From NCBI GenBank assembly GCA_013239625.1, contig MU053472.1, forward strand, positions 3,135,822 through 3,199,821: a stretch of DNA of 64,000 nt, read 5' to 3'. Of the stretch, positions 24,543 through 38,574 are shown in pieces. Numbering within the stretch: the first letter of the stretch is position 1; each line of letters opens with the position of its first letter. Under the pieces are notes generated by a model, which was given only the letters and a program-made list of their open reading frames with translations, searched no databases and was not told the DNA's origin. The DNA is from Lama guanicoe (Eukaryota). The translations under genes were made by a program, and so were the position numbers.

Positions 24543-26204
24543 TTATTATCTACTATTATATTATCTGGTTTTTTTTAATGTCTATATATGATATTCTGTA
24601 ACATAGGTGAACCATACTATAGCATTCTTCCATTGTAGGCAATTACATTGTTTCAATTTTTTCTCTTTTCTAATACTCCAATATAGTTTTTCTTTAGTTG
24701 CAGTGTTTCCTTACAATTCCTTTCTAGGGGTCTAGAGTCAAAAAGTATGAACAGTGTGGCAACATAGCAGAACGGATAGGAACACAGAATCTGGAATTAG
24801 ACAACCTGGATACAAAATTCAGCTCTGCCCATTACTACCCATGTAACTTGATTTGCTTAAGCTCCCAGATCCTCTGGGGATTGAGAAAATTAAACAACAT
24901 CATGTCTGCCAAGTACAAGGTATAGATCCTGGCAAATAGACAAATTATCTTGTTATTCCGTTTTTTTCCTTGATTTTCTCAAGGCTCTTTTTTTTTTTTT
25001 AATAAGTCTTTTTTTCCCCCTTAAGACTCTTGGAACTTATTTTCATTTCGCCTTTCCCAAAAGATTGTATCAATGTACAATGAATGCCACAGGCAAAGCA
25101 AAAGCTGGCCATTTCTACTACAACCCCACAAATTGTTTTAAAGTTAGCTAAAAATTATTAGGAATAGTTTTTATTAAGTTATGTTACTTTCATGGATGAA
25201 TTATCTTCCTAAAAGTGCAAGTCTGTAAGGAAAGAATATTTTGAGATTACTTTAAGCAGGAAAAAGGGGGCAGGGAGAAGAGAGGGAGAGAGAGAACCCT
25301 TAGATTTTATCGCTCCTTAGAGAAGTTGCACATCCCTCCTCCTGTAAACTGCTCCATTTTGGCTTTTCTTGTTGCTCATGTAGGCCTGTGAGGTTTCATT
25401 CCTTGTGAGGCACTTGGGGTCAGATAAGAGATTGGTGATAATCCTTGGGTATAACTGAGCATTTCAAACAGGAAAAATATCCTCTGACTCTCATTAGAAT
25501 CCGCTAAGTACTTTCTCTTAGGTTGTGTAGGCTATAATATGAAGAAAATAAAATATGAGTCAAATTGATAACTTCTACATTTGGTTCTGTATTTAGGTAC
25601 AAAGGCTTGGGCCTGACCTAAATCTTTGCCACCTTCTGCTCTAGAAATAGGCAAGATTTCAAGGGGGAAACTAGTCCCAGCTGTGTGAAGAGATGAACTA
25701 GTATAAACTGGATGCATGTAATTCTTTTTTCCCTTTTTTCTTTTCTTTTCTTTTTTTTTTTTGTCTCTGAGACAATCAAATTTAAACATACTATGTCTCT
25801 TTTTCCTTTCAGACATTTCTAACATCTATACTTTGATAACTGTAGAAAATTACAGAAAAAAAATCTAACCCTTTAGAGTATTTATCACCAGCTTTTCTCT
25901 ATAAATATGTAGTGATGTAAACTTATAATTTTTTAAATGAAGTTTGAATTGTATGATATATGCAGTGTTGTTTCTTGCCTTTTCTCCTTATTATCATATT
26001 GTGAAACATTTACTGAGGTTTTCAAAAATATGGTTTTTATTGGCACCATAATACTCTACCTTACAGCTGTATTTTATTTAATGATTCTATTATCATTATA
26101 CATTTTGGCCACCTCTTAATTTTCATAATTCAATAATTCATAATTCAGTGATGAGTATCCTTAAATATATGTCTTAATTTACACCAGTTATTCCCTAAGC
26201 CCAG

Positions 26205-26682
26205 TGTGTTAGTTTCCTAGGAACTGCCATAACAAACTATCACAAACTAGGTGGCTTCAAACAACAGAAATTTATTGTCTGACAGCTGTGGAGACCAGAA
26301 ATTCAAAGTTAAGGTGTTGGTAGGGCCATACTCCCTCTGAAAACTGTAGGGGAAAAAAATCCTTCCTTGACTCTTTCGTTTTATCTTCTGTTGTTTGCTG
26401 GCAATCCTTGACATCACATGGCTTATAGAAACGCCATTCCCATATCTGCCTCCACAGCCACGGGGCCATCTTGTCTCTGTGTGTCTCTGTCTTCACATGG
26501 TGTACTCCCTTCTTGAAAGGACATGAATCGTACTGAATTAACAACCCTCCCTATTCCAGCATGACTTCATCTTAACTAATTACATCTGCAACAATCCTAT
26601 TTTCAAATAAGTTTACAGCCTGAGGTAGAGTGGGTTAGGACTTCAACAGGTCTCTTGGATGGAAACAATTCAACCCATAACA
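26205..26682 (-). mobile_element. MaLR solo LTR (MLT1B/C-like)
   Basis: tgtgttagtttcctagg..gccataacaaactatcacaaactaggtggctt..aacaacagaaatttatt...aattcaacccataaca. Confidence 0.85.
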
Positions 26683-27309
26683 AATAGATCACAGGATCAA
26701 CATATATGAAATTTTTCAGACAGTACTTTTTGCCAAAATGCTGTTCAGAAGATCAGACCAAATTTATTCTTTTCGTGAGTATCTGTCTTATGATACCTTC
26801 ACCAGCATTAAGCTTTCTATTTTTAAATCTCAACCAATTTATTAGTTTGACTGCATTTGATCAATGGATTGAATATTTTTTCCCATGGGCTTGTAGTCAT
26901 TGGGCTATTTGCATTTTTCTTCCATAAATATTTTTGTATTTTGGCAATTTTCTATGTATTCTGATTTTTAAAAGTCACAAAAGTGTATTTACCTTCATCT
27001 ATCCCATTTATTTTATCTATTTCCAAGTTTTTTCTTATTCTAACTTCCAGTGTTTATTGATATATTAAATTTTGTTTCTTTTTCTTTTATATTTATAAAA
27101 TCATCTTAGTATTAATTAGATATCCATATATGTTTTCTTCTAAATATTTTGTGCTTTCATTTTTTAGATATGCTTCTTTAAATTCTGGAATTTATTTTCA
27201 GTAAATGGTATGAGGTAATGCCCCAACTAAAGTATTTTTATCCAATTTTCTTCACACAATTAATGATATCATTTCTTATCTATTGTGACACATCCTTTAT
27301 AAAAATTTA

Positions 27310-27570
27310 ACCTACTTAATCTATTACAACCTCTATGAGATAAGTAATTATCATTACCCACATTTTACACCTACGGAAACTGGCACAGAGTAGTTCAGTA
27401 ACTTGTCCAAAGTCACACAGATAGTAAATGGAAGAGACAGAATCTGAACACAGGTAGTCTGGCTCCAGAGACCCATTCTTAATTAAATTAATTAAGTTAT
27501 AAATGAGTAAATACTTGTAAATACTCTAGAACAGTGCTCAGAACATAGTAAACTTTGTATAAGTATTTGT
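27310..27570. mobile_element. MIR (minus) abutting a plus-strand MIR 3' piece
   Basis: cattttacacctacggaaactggcacagag...ctggctccagag, then taaatgagtaaatacttgtaaatactctagaacagtgc. Confidence 0.7.
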
Positions 27571-29049
27571 TCAGTAATAAATACAATGAAAATGTCATTC
27601 ACAGTCTGAAGATCTGTTTCAAGGATACTTCTTTATATTCCATTGTTTCTGTTCTAGTTGTGATTAGTGAAACAGCATTTCTAAAATTTGGTAGGGCAAG
27701 CCCACATTCATATCCACTATTTTTTGATAACCCTTTCCTCACTGGTCTTGGCTACTCATTCTTCCAAATAGACTTTTTACTCATAATTATTTATGAAAAT
27801 TTTAAAATGCAAAGAAAGGTTGAAAGAATTGTACAGTGAACCCCCCAGATAAACTTTGAAATCATTTGTTTCAAAACTCAAATAAAAACAAAATCAAACC
27901 AAGAACATCCTCTTTGAGGATTTGATGGAACCTAAACCACACTAAGAATTGATCTGATGATGTCAAGGTCTTTAAACTAATTAGTATTCTATTTCAGAAA
28001 TGTGATTTATTTCTCCACTTACTCCGGTATTTCTTTGTGCTTCTTAGTAATTTATGGTTGTTTTGTCACCCAAATTTCTTGTTAATATTAATCAGTGATA
28101 TTTTTCTTTTGATTGCCTTTGTATAAGGAGTACAGAGGAAGGTCTCTTTCTATGACATTGTCACTGGTTATTGTTAGACATTGAGGATATAAATTAATGT
28201 AAAAAGTGTATAATCTAGTGGAGCCTCATAAAAGAACTGTTAATTAATTAACTCATCACAACATCTATTGAATGCATGTTGTTTGCCTGCCTCTGAAGAC
28301 ACATGGATAAATGTGTGTTTTTTTGCCCGTCAGGAGCTGATAGACTCTTGGGAAAGAGAAATACAAGGTCAAAATGACACAAAGCAGCACATTAAAGTGC
28401 CACAGGGAAGGCCAATAAGTCGCTACCAAGGAAGTAATATTTGGCACACAATATCAGATAAGCAAGAGTTCACCAAGTAAAGAAATGAGAAGGTATATTC
28501 TGTGGAACAGAAAGAACTTGTGTAAAGGTATGGGAAGTTGGGGTACTTCTGTGTTGAAGGGCTGAGGGAAGGCAATTGAGGATTGCTGGGGAGGTGTTGA
28601 ATAGTGCTGTCAGCACAGAGAATGGGGCACCTCTTCAGTGTTGCTGAATTTCTGGGTATTTGAAATGGGGGTGGATTCTGGAAAGGTAGGTAGAGGTATA
28701 ATACATTAAGAAGTTTGAACTTTATCAGAAAAGTAATAGGGAAACAAAGGTTTTGAAGCAGGAGTTTTGATCAGAACTAGTTTTTGACAAAAAAAAAATT
28801 ATTCTGGCACCAAGGATGTCTTGGATTGGGGAGAGAGAAGTTTGGAAAAAATGATGGGAGTCAGACTGTGAAGGACATTGCATGCCATGGGGAGTTAAAC
28901 CTGCCATTTGGACCTTAACCTGCAGATAATGAAGTGATAAGACCAAATAAGTGGAAGAGTAGTAAAATATACTACTGATGGTGAATGGCACAGATAGTTA
29001 TAACTGTAGGCATTCAGGGGAGGGAGTTATTACCAAATAGGAAGATACT

Positions 29050-29260
29050 CTTGTCATCGAAGTCCCACCTGGGTAGGAATCCCAGCTCTTCCACTCATTA
29101 TCTGAGAACAAATTCTGTAGCCCGTCAAGCCTCAATTTCCTGACCTTTAATGAAATAATGAGGCCAATAATACCTACCTAAATACCTGTTGTGTGTAGTA
29201 AATGAGAAAAACCTATTAAATGCCAAATACAGAGTATGTATGCAGTAAACACTATTTCCA
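29050..29260 (+). mobile_element. MIR SINE
   Basis: cctgggtaggaatcccagctcttccactcatta...gcctcaatttcc. Confidence 0.6.
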
Positions 29261-30219
29261 GCCAAGCCAGCTCCTACCCTGAGTTTATTGTTGAGAAATT
29301 TTCTTTATTTTTCATCACTGTTTTCATGCTTCTGGATCTCTCAAAATCCTCTACCCATTTCCTTTTTCATGTCTACATTCTGACGCTTGAATTCTACCTT
29401 AATTTTTACCCCCAAATTACTTTTTGTTATATATTCCTTATTGTCTCCCTGTGTTTTTTACCTTTTGAATCAATAGGAGCTTTCTTGGTCTGCAGGGATC
29501 ACTTCCTCCACCCTGCTCGTTTTACTATATCACATTTCTTAAGATTTGCTTTGCTAATTATAGGATTATAGGGTCAAAGATCTTGATGACAGCACCAGCA
29601 ACTTAGCTTAGGGAGACAACGACTTATTCATTTTCCTCTTCCGGCTTCTGAGAAAATAATTCTGAACAACTCACCAATCTTGGCAGAGTGAGAAATATAA
29701 ACCGATATTCCCTATTCTTCTGCCTTCTTAGCTTTGGGCCCAGAAGTCAACCAACCAACGTCTTTGTCAATACAATCTGAGTGCCTGCAACTCAACCCAA
29801 AGACTGACATCACTGACCTCAAACATATTTTGCAATCTGTAATCAGTTTGTAAATTAGTCATAGTGCTGATTATCAGGAAAGAGGAGTATCTCATATTCC
29901 AGCCAAAAATTGATTTGTAAGTAGACCCAGAGCTAAAGCTGCAATATAGTAATTCGTCTATTTAACAAATCTTTATTGAAACCTCCTAAGTGCCAAGCAA
30001 TGCCAAGCATTGTTCTAAGCTCTAAGAAAAAGCAGTAAACAGAACAAAGTCCTCAGTGTCACAGAACTTATATCCTAGTGGGACAGACAGAAAATAAAAA
30101 GCTAATACATTAATATACCATAAAGTATGATAGCTGGTGATGTGTGTTATGGATAAAAATAGAATATGGGGGAGAGGTGATGAGAAGGTAGAAAGGGCTA
30201 TTTTAGATAAGTGAATTTG

Positions 30220-31530
30220 TTTGTTTTATTTTTCTTTTCTTAATTATTAAAGCATAATATACATACTATAAAGTATGCAAGGTGTACAGCTATGTACAAC
30301 TTGATGACTTTTTACATACACTCACGTAACCACTGCCCACATCAAGAAATAGAACATTTGCAGTGTCCCGGAAGGTTCCTTTATGCTCCTTCCCAGTCAG
30401 TGCCCTCCAGGAGCACACTATTCTGACTCCTGTCACCATTGATGAGTTTTACCTGCTCCTGAATTTCAAATAAATGCAATCCTCTCACAGATATAGAGTA
30501 TCAACTAGTGGTTACCAGTGGGGAGAAGGAAGGTGGGAGGGGCAGTATAGAGACAGGATTGAAAGGAACAAACTGTTATGTATAAAATAAGCTTCAAGGA
30601 TATATTGTACAACGCAGGGTATATAACCAACATTTTATAATAACTATAAATGGAGTATAACTTAAAAAAATTATGATATATCTGTGTGTAACACTTTGCT
30701 GTATACCTGAAATATTGTAAGTAAACTATGCTTCAATTTAAAAAAATTTTCTCCAGGGGGGAGGTAATTAGGTTTTATTTATTTATTTATTTATTTATTT
30801 GTTTGTTTATTTATTTATTTAATGGAGGTACTGGGGATTGAACCCAGGACGTCATGCATGCTAGGCATTAACTCTACCACTGAGCTATAGCCGCCCCCCT
30901 TGAAAAAAAATTTTTTGTAATAAATGGAATAAAAATCACCCACAGTCCACCGAAAAGTAAAATAAAATAAAAATTCTGAATCATTCTATTGAAACATAAA
31001 ATTGTACATCAACTATACTTCAATAAAAAATAAACTTAAAAAAGCAGACATACACACACAAATAAATAAATAAATGAAACCCACCCTGCCCTCCAAAAAA
31101 AAAAAGGAGTCCTAAAATATGTGTTCATTTGTATCTGGCTTCTTCTACTTAACACAAATGTCTGTGAGATTAATCCATCCTGTTGCATGTAAAGGTAATT
31201 ATTCTCTTTGAGATGTAGTAGTCCATTTCATGATTATATCATAATTTATTCATTCTTCTATTGATACCTTTGGATTATTTCTGATATGGGGCTATTATGA
31301 GTAAAGCTGCTATGAATATTCTTATATATATTTTCTGGTGAGCACATGCAATCATTTCTCTTAGATATATGCCTAGGAGTGGAATTTCTAGGTTATGGAG
31401 TAGGTATATGTTTAGTTTTATTAGTTAACAAACAGTGATTGAACCAATTTATACTTCCACTAGCAAAGTATAGGAGCTCAAGTTCCTCCACATTGTGGCT
31501 AACACTTGATTTTTCATTTTAGCCACTCCA
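30220..31530 (-). mobile_element. Old L1 (L1MB/MC-like) 3' end, containing a plus-strand younger L1 tail (~30489-31105)
   Basis: Typical L1 3'-UTR antisense motifs (cacatcaagaaatagaacatt, gagtaaagctgctatgaatatt, cctaggagtggaatt). Confidence 0.75.
30747..30899 (-). mobile_element. Vic-1-like SINE with (TTTA)n internal tail
   Basis: ggaggtaattaggttt(attt)n aatggaggtactggggattgaacccagg...gagctatagccgcccc. Confidence 0.92.
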
Positions 31531-31805
31531 CGTGTTTGTAACATGACTTTAAAGTAAGAGATCTGAAGGAAGTATGCTTTGCTTGCAGCATTTGCTTCTG
31601 GAAAAGAAGTACGAAGGCCTGAAGGCAGAAGTGTGTTGTTTGAGTTTGAGGAGCAAAGAGGCCGGCGTGGCTGGAACTGAGTAAACAGTAAAGAGGGTTG
31701 AAGGAAATGAAGTAAGAGAAGTGGGGGCTGGGGCGAAGGATAAAGTAAGCTGTTGTAAGGCCTTTAGGCTTTTATGCTGAGATAAAGAAATCATTATAAG
31801 TTTGG

Positions 31806-31932
31806 GTTTTTTTCCTTAGGGGGTAGATGATTAGATTTTTATCTGTTTATCTTAATGGAGGTACTGGGGATTGAACCCAGGACCTCATGCATGCTAAGCA
31901 CTCACTCTGCCACTGAGCTATACCCTACCCCC
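31806..31932 (-). mobile_element. Vic-1-like SINE inserted in L2
   Basis: Reverse-complement SINE head and tail. Confidence 0.9.
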
Positions 31933-31980
31933 TCATCAGAGGGTTTTAAGCAGAAGAAAGTCATGATCTGACTCAAGGTT

Positions 31981-34068
31981 TTTTTTTTTCCTTCCAGTTT
32001 TATTGAGATACTATTGATAAACTGCACATATAACTTTAGGGTGTACAAGATAATGATTTGACTTACATACATGGTGAAATGATTATCACAATAAGTTTAG
32101 TGAACATCCATCATCTTAGAAAGATACAAAGTTAAATAAACAGAAAAAAATGTTTTTCCTTCTGATGAGACCTCTTAGGATTTACTCTCTTAACAACTTT
32201 CATATGTAACACACAGCACTGCTTATTATATTTCTCATGTGGTACATCACATCCCTGGTACTTATTTATCTTATAACTGGAAGTTTGTACTTTTCGATTA
32301 TGTTCATCCCATTTCCCCTCTCCCACCTCCCACCTCAAGCAACCACAAATCTCATCTCCTTTTCTATGAATTTGTTTTTGAAGTATAATTAACCTACAAC
32401 ACTATGTGAGTTCCTATTACACAACATAATGATTCTATACTTCTGTACATTTCAGAATAATTACCACAGTAAGTCTAGTTACCATACAAAGACATTACAT
32501 AATTATTAATTATAGTCCCCATGCTGTACATTTCATACCCATGACTCAATTATTTTGTAACTGGAAGTTTGTACCTCTTTCAGTTTTATTATGTATTTAT
32601 TTATTTATTATTTATTTATCTCCCTCAACTATTTCTCTTCTCTTCCCACCCTACCCCTCTGACAACCACTTTTTCAATCCTTTATCTATGACTCTGTTTC
32701 TGTTTTGTTATGTTTATTTATTTTATTTTTAATCAATATTGTCACAAATGGCAAGATTTCATTGTTTTTTCTTGGCTGAGTAATATTCCATTGTGTATAT
32801 ATAACTATATATACCACATCTTCTCTATCCATTCATCTATGGACAGGTACTTAGGTTGCTTCCATATCGTGGCTACTATAAATAATGCTGCAATGAACAT
32901 AGGGGTGCATATATCTGTTTTAATTAATATTTTTGTTTTCTTTGGCTAAATGCCCAGGAGTGGAATTGCTTGATCATGTGGTAGTTCCACATGAAAAAAA
33001 TTTTTAATTGAAAAAAAATTTTTTTGGGTGGGGGAGGTAATTAGGTTTATTAATTCATTTATTTTTTAATGGAGGTACTGAGGATTGAACCCAGGACCTC
33101 ATGTATGTCAGACATGCACTCTACCACTGAGCTATATCCTCCCCGTTTACTCTTCATTTTTTGAGGACTCTCCATGCTGTTTTCCATAGTGGATGCACCA
33201 ATTTACACTCCCAGCAACAGTGCACAAGAGTTCTCTTTTCTTCACATCTGCTGTCAACACTTTTTATTTGTTTTCCTTTTGATAATAGTCATTCTAACAG
33301 ATATGAGGTGATACCTCATTGTGGTTTTGGTGCATTTCCCTGATGATTAGTGATGTTGAGCAAAGATGCTCATGTTTCTGTTGGCCATCTGTATGCCTTC
33401 TTTGGGAATGTCTATTCAGATCCTCTGCCCATTTTCTAATCAGGGTTGGGTTTTGTTTGTTTTGTTTGTTCAATGTTAAGTTGTATGAGCTCATTGTATA
33501 TTTTGGATCTTATTCCCTTCCATCATTTGCAAATATCTTCTCCCATTTGGTAGATGACATTTTTGTTTTCTTGATAGTTTTCTTTGCTGTGCAAAAGCTT
33601 TTTACTTCAATGTAGTCCCACTTGTTTATTTTTCCTTTGGCTTACTTTGCTTGAGGAGACATATCCAAAAATACATTATTAAGACTGATGTCAAAGAGCA
33701 TACTGCCTATGTTTTCTTCTAGAAGTTTTATGGTTTCAGGTCATATATTTAAGTCTTTAACCCACTTTGAATTTATTTTTATACATGCTATGAGAGAGTA
33801 GTCTGGTTTGATTCTTTTGCATGTAGCTGTTCAGTTTTCCCAACACCATTTGTTGAAGAGGCTGTCTTTTCCCCATTGTATATTCTTGCCTTCTTTGTCA
33901 TAGATTGAATGCTCATTTAAGTGTGGGTTCACTTCTGGGCTCTCTATTCTGTTCCACTGATCTGTGTCTCTGTTGTAATTTGCAATTGTAATTTTGGTGT
34001 GCCCATAGGAGGAAGTGAGCTCAGGGTCTTCCTACTCTGCCATCTTACCACTCCTCTGATTAAGCCCT
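31981..34068 (-). mobile_element. L1 (laurasiatherian type) with ~2 kb 3' part joined to the L1 extreme 5' end
   Basis: Poly-T, duplicated 3'-UTR module and ORF2 C-terminal antisense to ~33970, then the 5'-UTR start gagctcagggtcttcctactctgccatctt; TSD-like flanks. Confidence 0.85.
33019..33144 (-). mobile_element. Vic-1-like SINE inserted in L1
   Basis: Reverse-complement SINE head and tail interrupting L1 sequence. Confidence 0.9.
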
Positions 34069-35750
34069 TGACTTAAGTTTTTAACGGGGCTCCTTTGCTG
34101 CTCTGTTGAGAACAGACTGAAGAAGAGCAAGGGAAGAAGCAGAGCAGGGAGGAATCTAGGAGAGAGATGGTTTGGGTTTAGGCCAGGGTTCCAGCATCAC
34201 AGGAAGAAGTCAGAAGAGATCTGATTCTGGATACATTTTGAAGGCAGACCTGACAGAGTTCTTTCTTGGGATTTGGGGTATAAGAAAAAGAGGGTTTCAA
34301 GCATTATTCCAAGTTTTCAGACTTGAGCAGGGATTGAACCGAGGTCTTTTGCACAAACTTTTTCGTATAATTAATCACACAGAGAATCCAGCAGGGGTCA
34401 GTCCTTCAGACCGCAAAATGATAACATCAAGTTTAGGAAATATTCCATGTGGCAAAGCTTTGCTGGAACAGCCTTGAACCTACTTATACCTGTAATCAAA
34501 AAATCATTTCTACTGGAGGAATTTAAGCCAGCTTACAATTATAACTGACTCAGACTGGCTTTGTTTACAAATCGCCTCCAGGCGCTCTAAACACTTCACA
34601 AACCGCCACTGGCCGGTTGCTTCACCTCAACAGCAGAGCCGTTTCAAAGGCAGAGAACTGAGAGGTGTGAAAGAGGCACGAGAATCTAGGTTAGGAAAGC
34701 TAACACCTTGTCTTAAGAGAATAGCACAAAGCTATCCGCAATGCCTAGTTTAGGTAAATTGAACTCTAGGTCTTACAAAAGTGCTCAGAAGTGACCTAAG
34801 CAGAAAACAAAAGTGCTCCTCTCATTTTCCAACGTGAGAGCAAGCCTGAGGGAACTGCGCAGAGCATCCACAGAACCAAATGATCCTGGTCGAGAAAAAG
34901 TTCAAGATTACTATTAAATACGCACGACACAGCCATTGGGCTTTCTCAGGGACTTAGCCAAAATGCTTAGGAGCCAGTTTTCCTACATGACAACAAAACC
35001 CCATAAATTTCTGTCTTTTCTACCTTAATAAGAGTACACTACATTTTTTTTTTAGTTTTCTATTTTAATTTTTAAAATATTTACACTTATGGTATATGAC
35101 CTCCATTAGTATCCATGTCCCAGGCAAGATTGTTAATCTCAATAATTGACCCATTTCCTCTGGGGTGAGTTGTTCAAATCTACATCTTTTATAGAACATA
35201 TTTTACAGAAGAATTAGTATATATTTTGCAGAAGTTATAGAGACAAATTCTCACTTAAGGGGAGGATTTCACATACTTTTAAGACTGCCACACAATTAAA
35301 TTGGAGAAAATTTACAAAACCTTATTACAATATTCAAAATCGTAGAATAGGATCTGCTTCATGCAGAATCTGTGTTGTTTTTCCATTTCAACAAATTCCT
35401 CCCAACTTTCATCCTTCTTATCTATGTACACTACATTTTAAGATAAGAGCACACTACAATTTGTGTCTCCCTACTCTGAAAAAGTGGAATTCAAAACCTT
35501 TCAAGTGACAGAAAAAGTGTGAATAGTCATCAGTAAGCTACCACAGGAATGAAAGCATGAGGAAGTGACATCTTTTGCTGGCTGGTCCTGGTGCCCACAT
35601 CTTCAAGTCACCAGCCACAACTGAGGGTGAAACTTCAGATTGCTGCCATCTCATCAGTGCAAACCTGATTTAATCATTCACATGAGGATTAAATCCACAG
35701 CCTTGGCCCTGTCACCGGGTGCTAATTAACTGAACTAACCAGTCCTTTAC

Positions 35751-36087
35751 ATCAGAGCTTGGCAAATGATGACTCATGGGCCGAATATAGCCAGTTTTTG
35801 CACAGCTCACAAGCTAAGAATGGTTTTTCACATTTTTAGATGGTTGAAAAAAAATCAAAAGAAGAAGAATATTTTTTGAAATGTGAAAATTACATAAAAT
35901 GCAAATTTCAGCGTCCATAAATAAATTTTGATTGGAACACAGCCCCACTTACCCATTTAGGGAGGCTGTATGGTAGCTTTTGCATTGTGACAGCAGAGTT
36001 GAGTAGTCATAACAGAGACCCCCATGGCCTGAAAGCCTAAAATATTTACTATCTAGTGTTTCACAGATCAAGTTTGCTAATTCCCTA
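35751..36087. mobile_element. MER58-like hAT DNA transposon
   Basis: cagagcttggcaaa...gagttgagtagtcataacagagacc..atggcctgaaagcctaaaatatttactatct...agtttgctaattccct. Confidence 0.8.
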
Positions 36088-38574
36088 CTCAATATCGTAT
36101 TTCTACACAAGGTAGAAATAACAGTTGAAGGACCCGATATCTTCAAAATGCAACTGAGGACATCCTAGAAATGGAAAAGCACAGAAATGAAACGGGTTAA
36201 TGTTGCATGTATATGGCTTTTACCTGCAGCGCTTGGCATTTGTTCTTTCCAGGCAATAGAAAGGAAGAGCGATCACTTTTCCAAGAAAGGAAAGGAATAC
36301 TAATCCATTCAATCAGCTAGAATCGGATACTATTCATGTCTTCTGTTCTTCAACTGTTCTTTTCCATGGGGAGTTAGTAAAAGAGAAAAGGGTGCTTAGA
36401 GTCAGATAATACACAATGGTGATTTCATCAACCTGCACACAGTTGGGTTAAACCTTTCAGAATGGATTTTCAGAACAACATACCTTGCCTGCCTTTTTCA
36501 CTTTTTTTACTGTACCCTAGAGCTGTCATGCCTCAGCGCTAAAATATTTGTCAAATATTTGTGAGTACTCAAATCTCTGCACACACCTGTGAAGAAGGTT
36601 GGCTACTGTGTCTCATATTTTCTTCAAGAAACAAATAAACCATTTTGCTCTTGGCCTCTAATTATTTGGGGGAAACTGAAACAGCAACACTTGAAACCTC
36701 TACTCAATCTCAGGACTAAAGGCCCTCAGGAACCTAGTGGCTCCTGTCCCCCTCTCTGTGCTTATGTCAAAGGGCAAGTTTAGTTATCATTTAGCGAAGG
36801 CTCCACGGAATATTTGTTTCTGATTCCAGCCAACATCAGACAGGGTTTGGGGCCAGTGTAAGCAGAGTCATGATTTGCCGCCCTGCTCAACCTCTATACC
36901 TCCTCTTCCTGCATCAAAGCTCTTTCCTCCTTGAAGTGTTTTTCAAAAACTGCTCATTATGTGAGACGAAAACACTGACCAGCAAAGCAAAACCCAAACC
37001 AGCACGCTCTTCTGTGCACAAAGGAGGTCATTTTATCTTCCTTCACTAAATACTGAAAGAAATTCATAGATCCTTTAGCTATATTTTTTTATTGCAAATA
37101 TGGGATTAATTACAATTTTCTCAAGTGTTAACCCTGAAGAATGTTGCTGTTGTTTTTCCCCAAAAAGAGTTTCCATAACTCAGTCTCTCTTTCTTTGCTC
37201 TTTTCAACTTGAAGTTCTAACGAAGATCTACCGTGTACCTCATATGCATTTTGCCAAGTTGGGAAAGAGGGAGATACTAGAGATGAATGAGGTGAGATTC
37301 CTGCACCCCAGAAGCTCAGTACAATAAAAGTTGTTTTTTTATGTGACTGCAACATCGGAAAGGAAAGTAAAATATACACCTACGCTCACTGCACATTCCA
37401 GACAAAAGGAAAAATGTAAGAAATCTCTACTCCACTTCGATAGAATTTACTTTAGTTTCACAGCAACAAAAATTCGAACAAGAACACTTTGGAGTTTTTA
37501 TGCTATCATTTATGATCTTTTAAAGATTCTTTTCTAGTCTCAAGAGATAAATAGCTAGAACACCGCTGGTATTCCAAAATATTAACTGCAAATGCACTAC
37601 CAGCTAAGAATAAAACTTTCCTGTTGCCTACCATAAAAAAAGAAAAGAAATACAGAGGAATAAGGGAGATCTCCAGATTCTTTCCAAGTTCGGATACTAA
37701 ATATTAATCCTTATTATATATATCATGAGCTATGCCATTAGAAACACTCAGTTTGAAAACTCTGTCATTTATTTGGTCATCAACCTTGGTAATTCTTGGA
37801 ACTATCTGAGTCTCTGTCTCTTCATGACTACCTTCCAGGACTTCTGCAAGAATCAAGGAAGATAATGTGAATAAAAGTGCCTTATAGATGGTAATTCCTC
37901 ACCAGTCCCTCAAGAGTAAGAACTTCATCCTATTCCTTATCAGATCCCCAGTGTCTAGGAAAGTGCCTGGTACATAGAAGACACATAATTCTGACTGAAG
38001 GAATACTTTATAAATATCAGTTATTACATAGCAACCTTTACTATAGTTTGTGGATTAATAATAGGGTATCTTAATAATATAAGATGCCAAGTTAGAAACA
38101 GTCCTTGACCATTAAGCTCTTATTCTATGTCTTTCTCTCTAAAATGTGATTTTCCTGAGAGTAGGACACAACCATGGAGTTTTATACACATTAGACACAT
38201 CACATGCGTGTATTAAATTTTAAAAAATGGAATGTGCACATTAAGGAAAAAAAATCACTCCAAGGCTGGTAGTGTTGATGCCTTTCATTCTGAGGACAAC
38301 TTTACTAACAGTATCAGTTCGATACTGTGCTTCAAGCCTTCTCAACAGTTTGCAATGACCCGGCCACCATTTCTCTCAGGTTTCCTGTGCATAATGGCAC
38401 CGACTTTGAGGCAGATTGCTAGAGTTCAGTGATATGAAACAGTTCCTCTTAGCAAGAAGTTGCAAATTCTAATGGTGATCAAAGTCACCCAGCATCTCAT
38501 TAATTCAGGCTCCAATTAATTAAACTAACCAGATGGTAAAACAACAAAAATATCAGCCAACTAAAAGGGCAAGA

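Larger units (their letters stand above)
29950..34330 (-). mobile_element. L2 fragmented by nested L1s and SINEs
   Basis: L2 pieces at ~29950-30213, ~31550-31980 and ~34069-34330 join into a continuous L2-like sequence. Confidence 0.7.

Noticed and set aside
24978..25031. Direct repeat ctcaaggctctt / cttaagactctt around a T-run
   Set aside because: Probably an extremely truncated poly(A) insertion; too short to classify.
33161..33615. Short ORFs resembling proteins (also 41295-41519, 43166-43399, 56291-56509, 57425-57799)
   Set aside because: Translations of degenerate L1 ORF2/3'-UTR sequence in sense or antisense.
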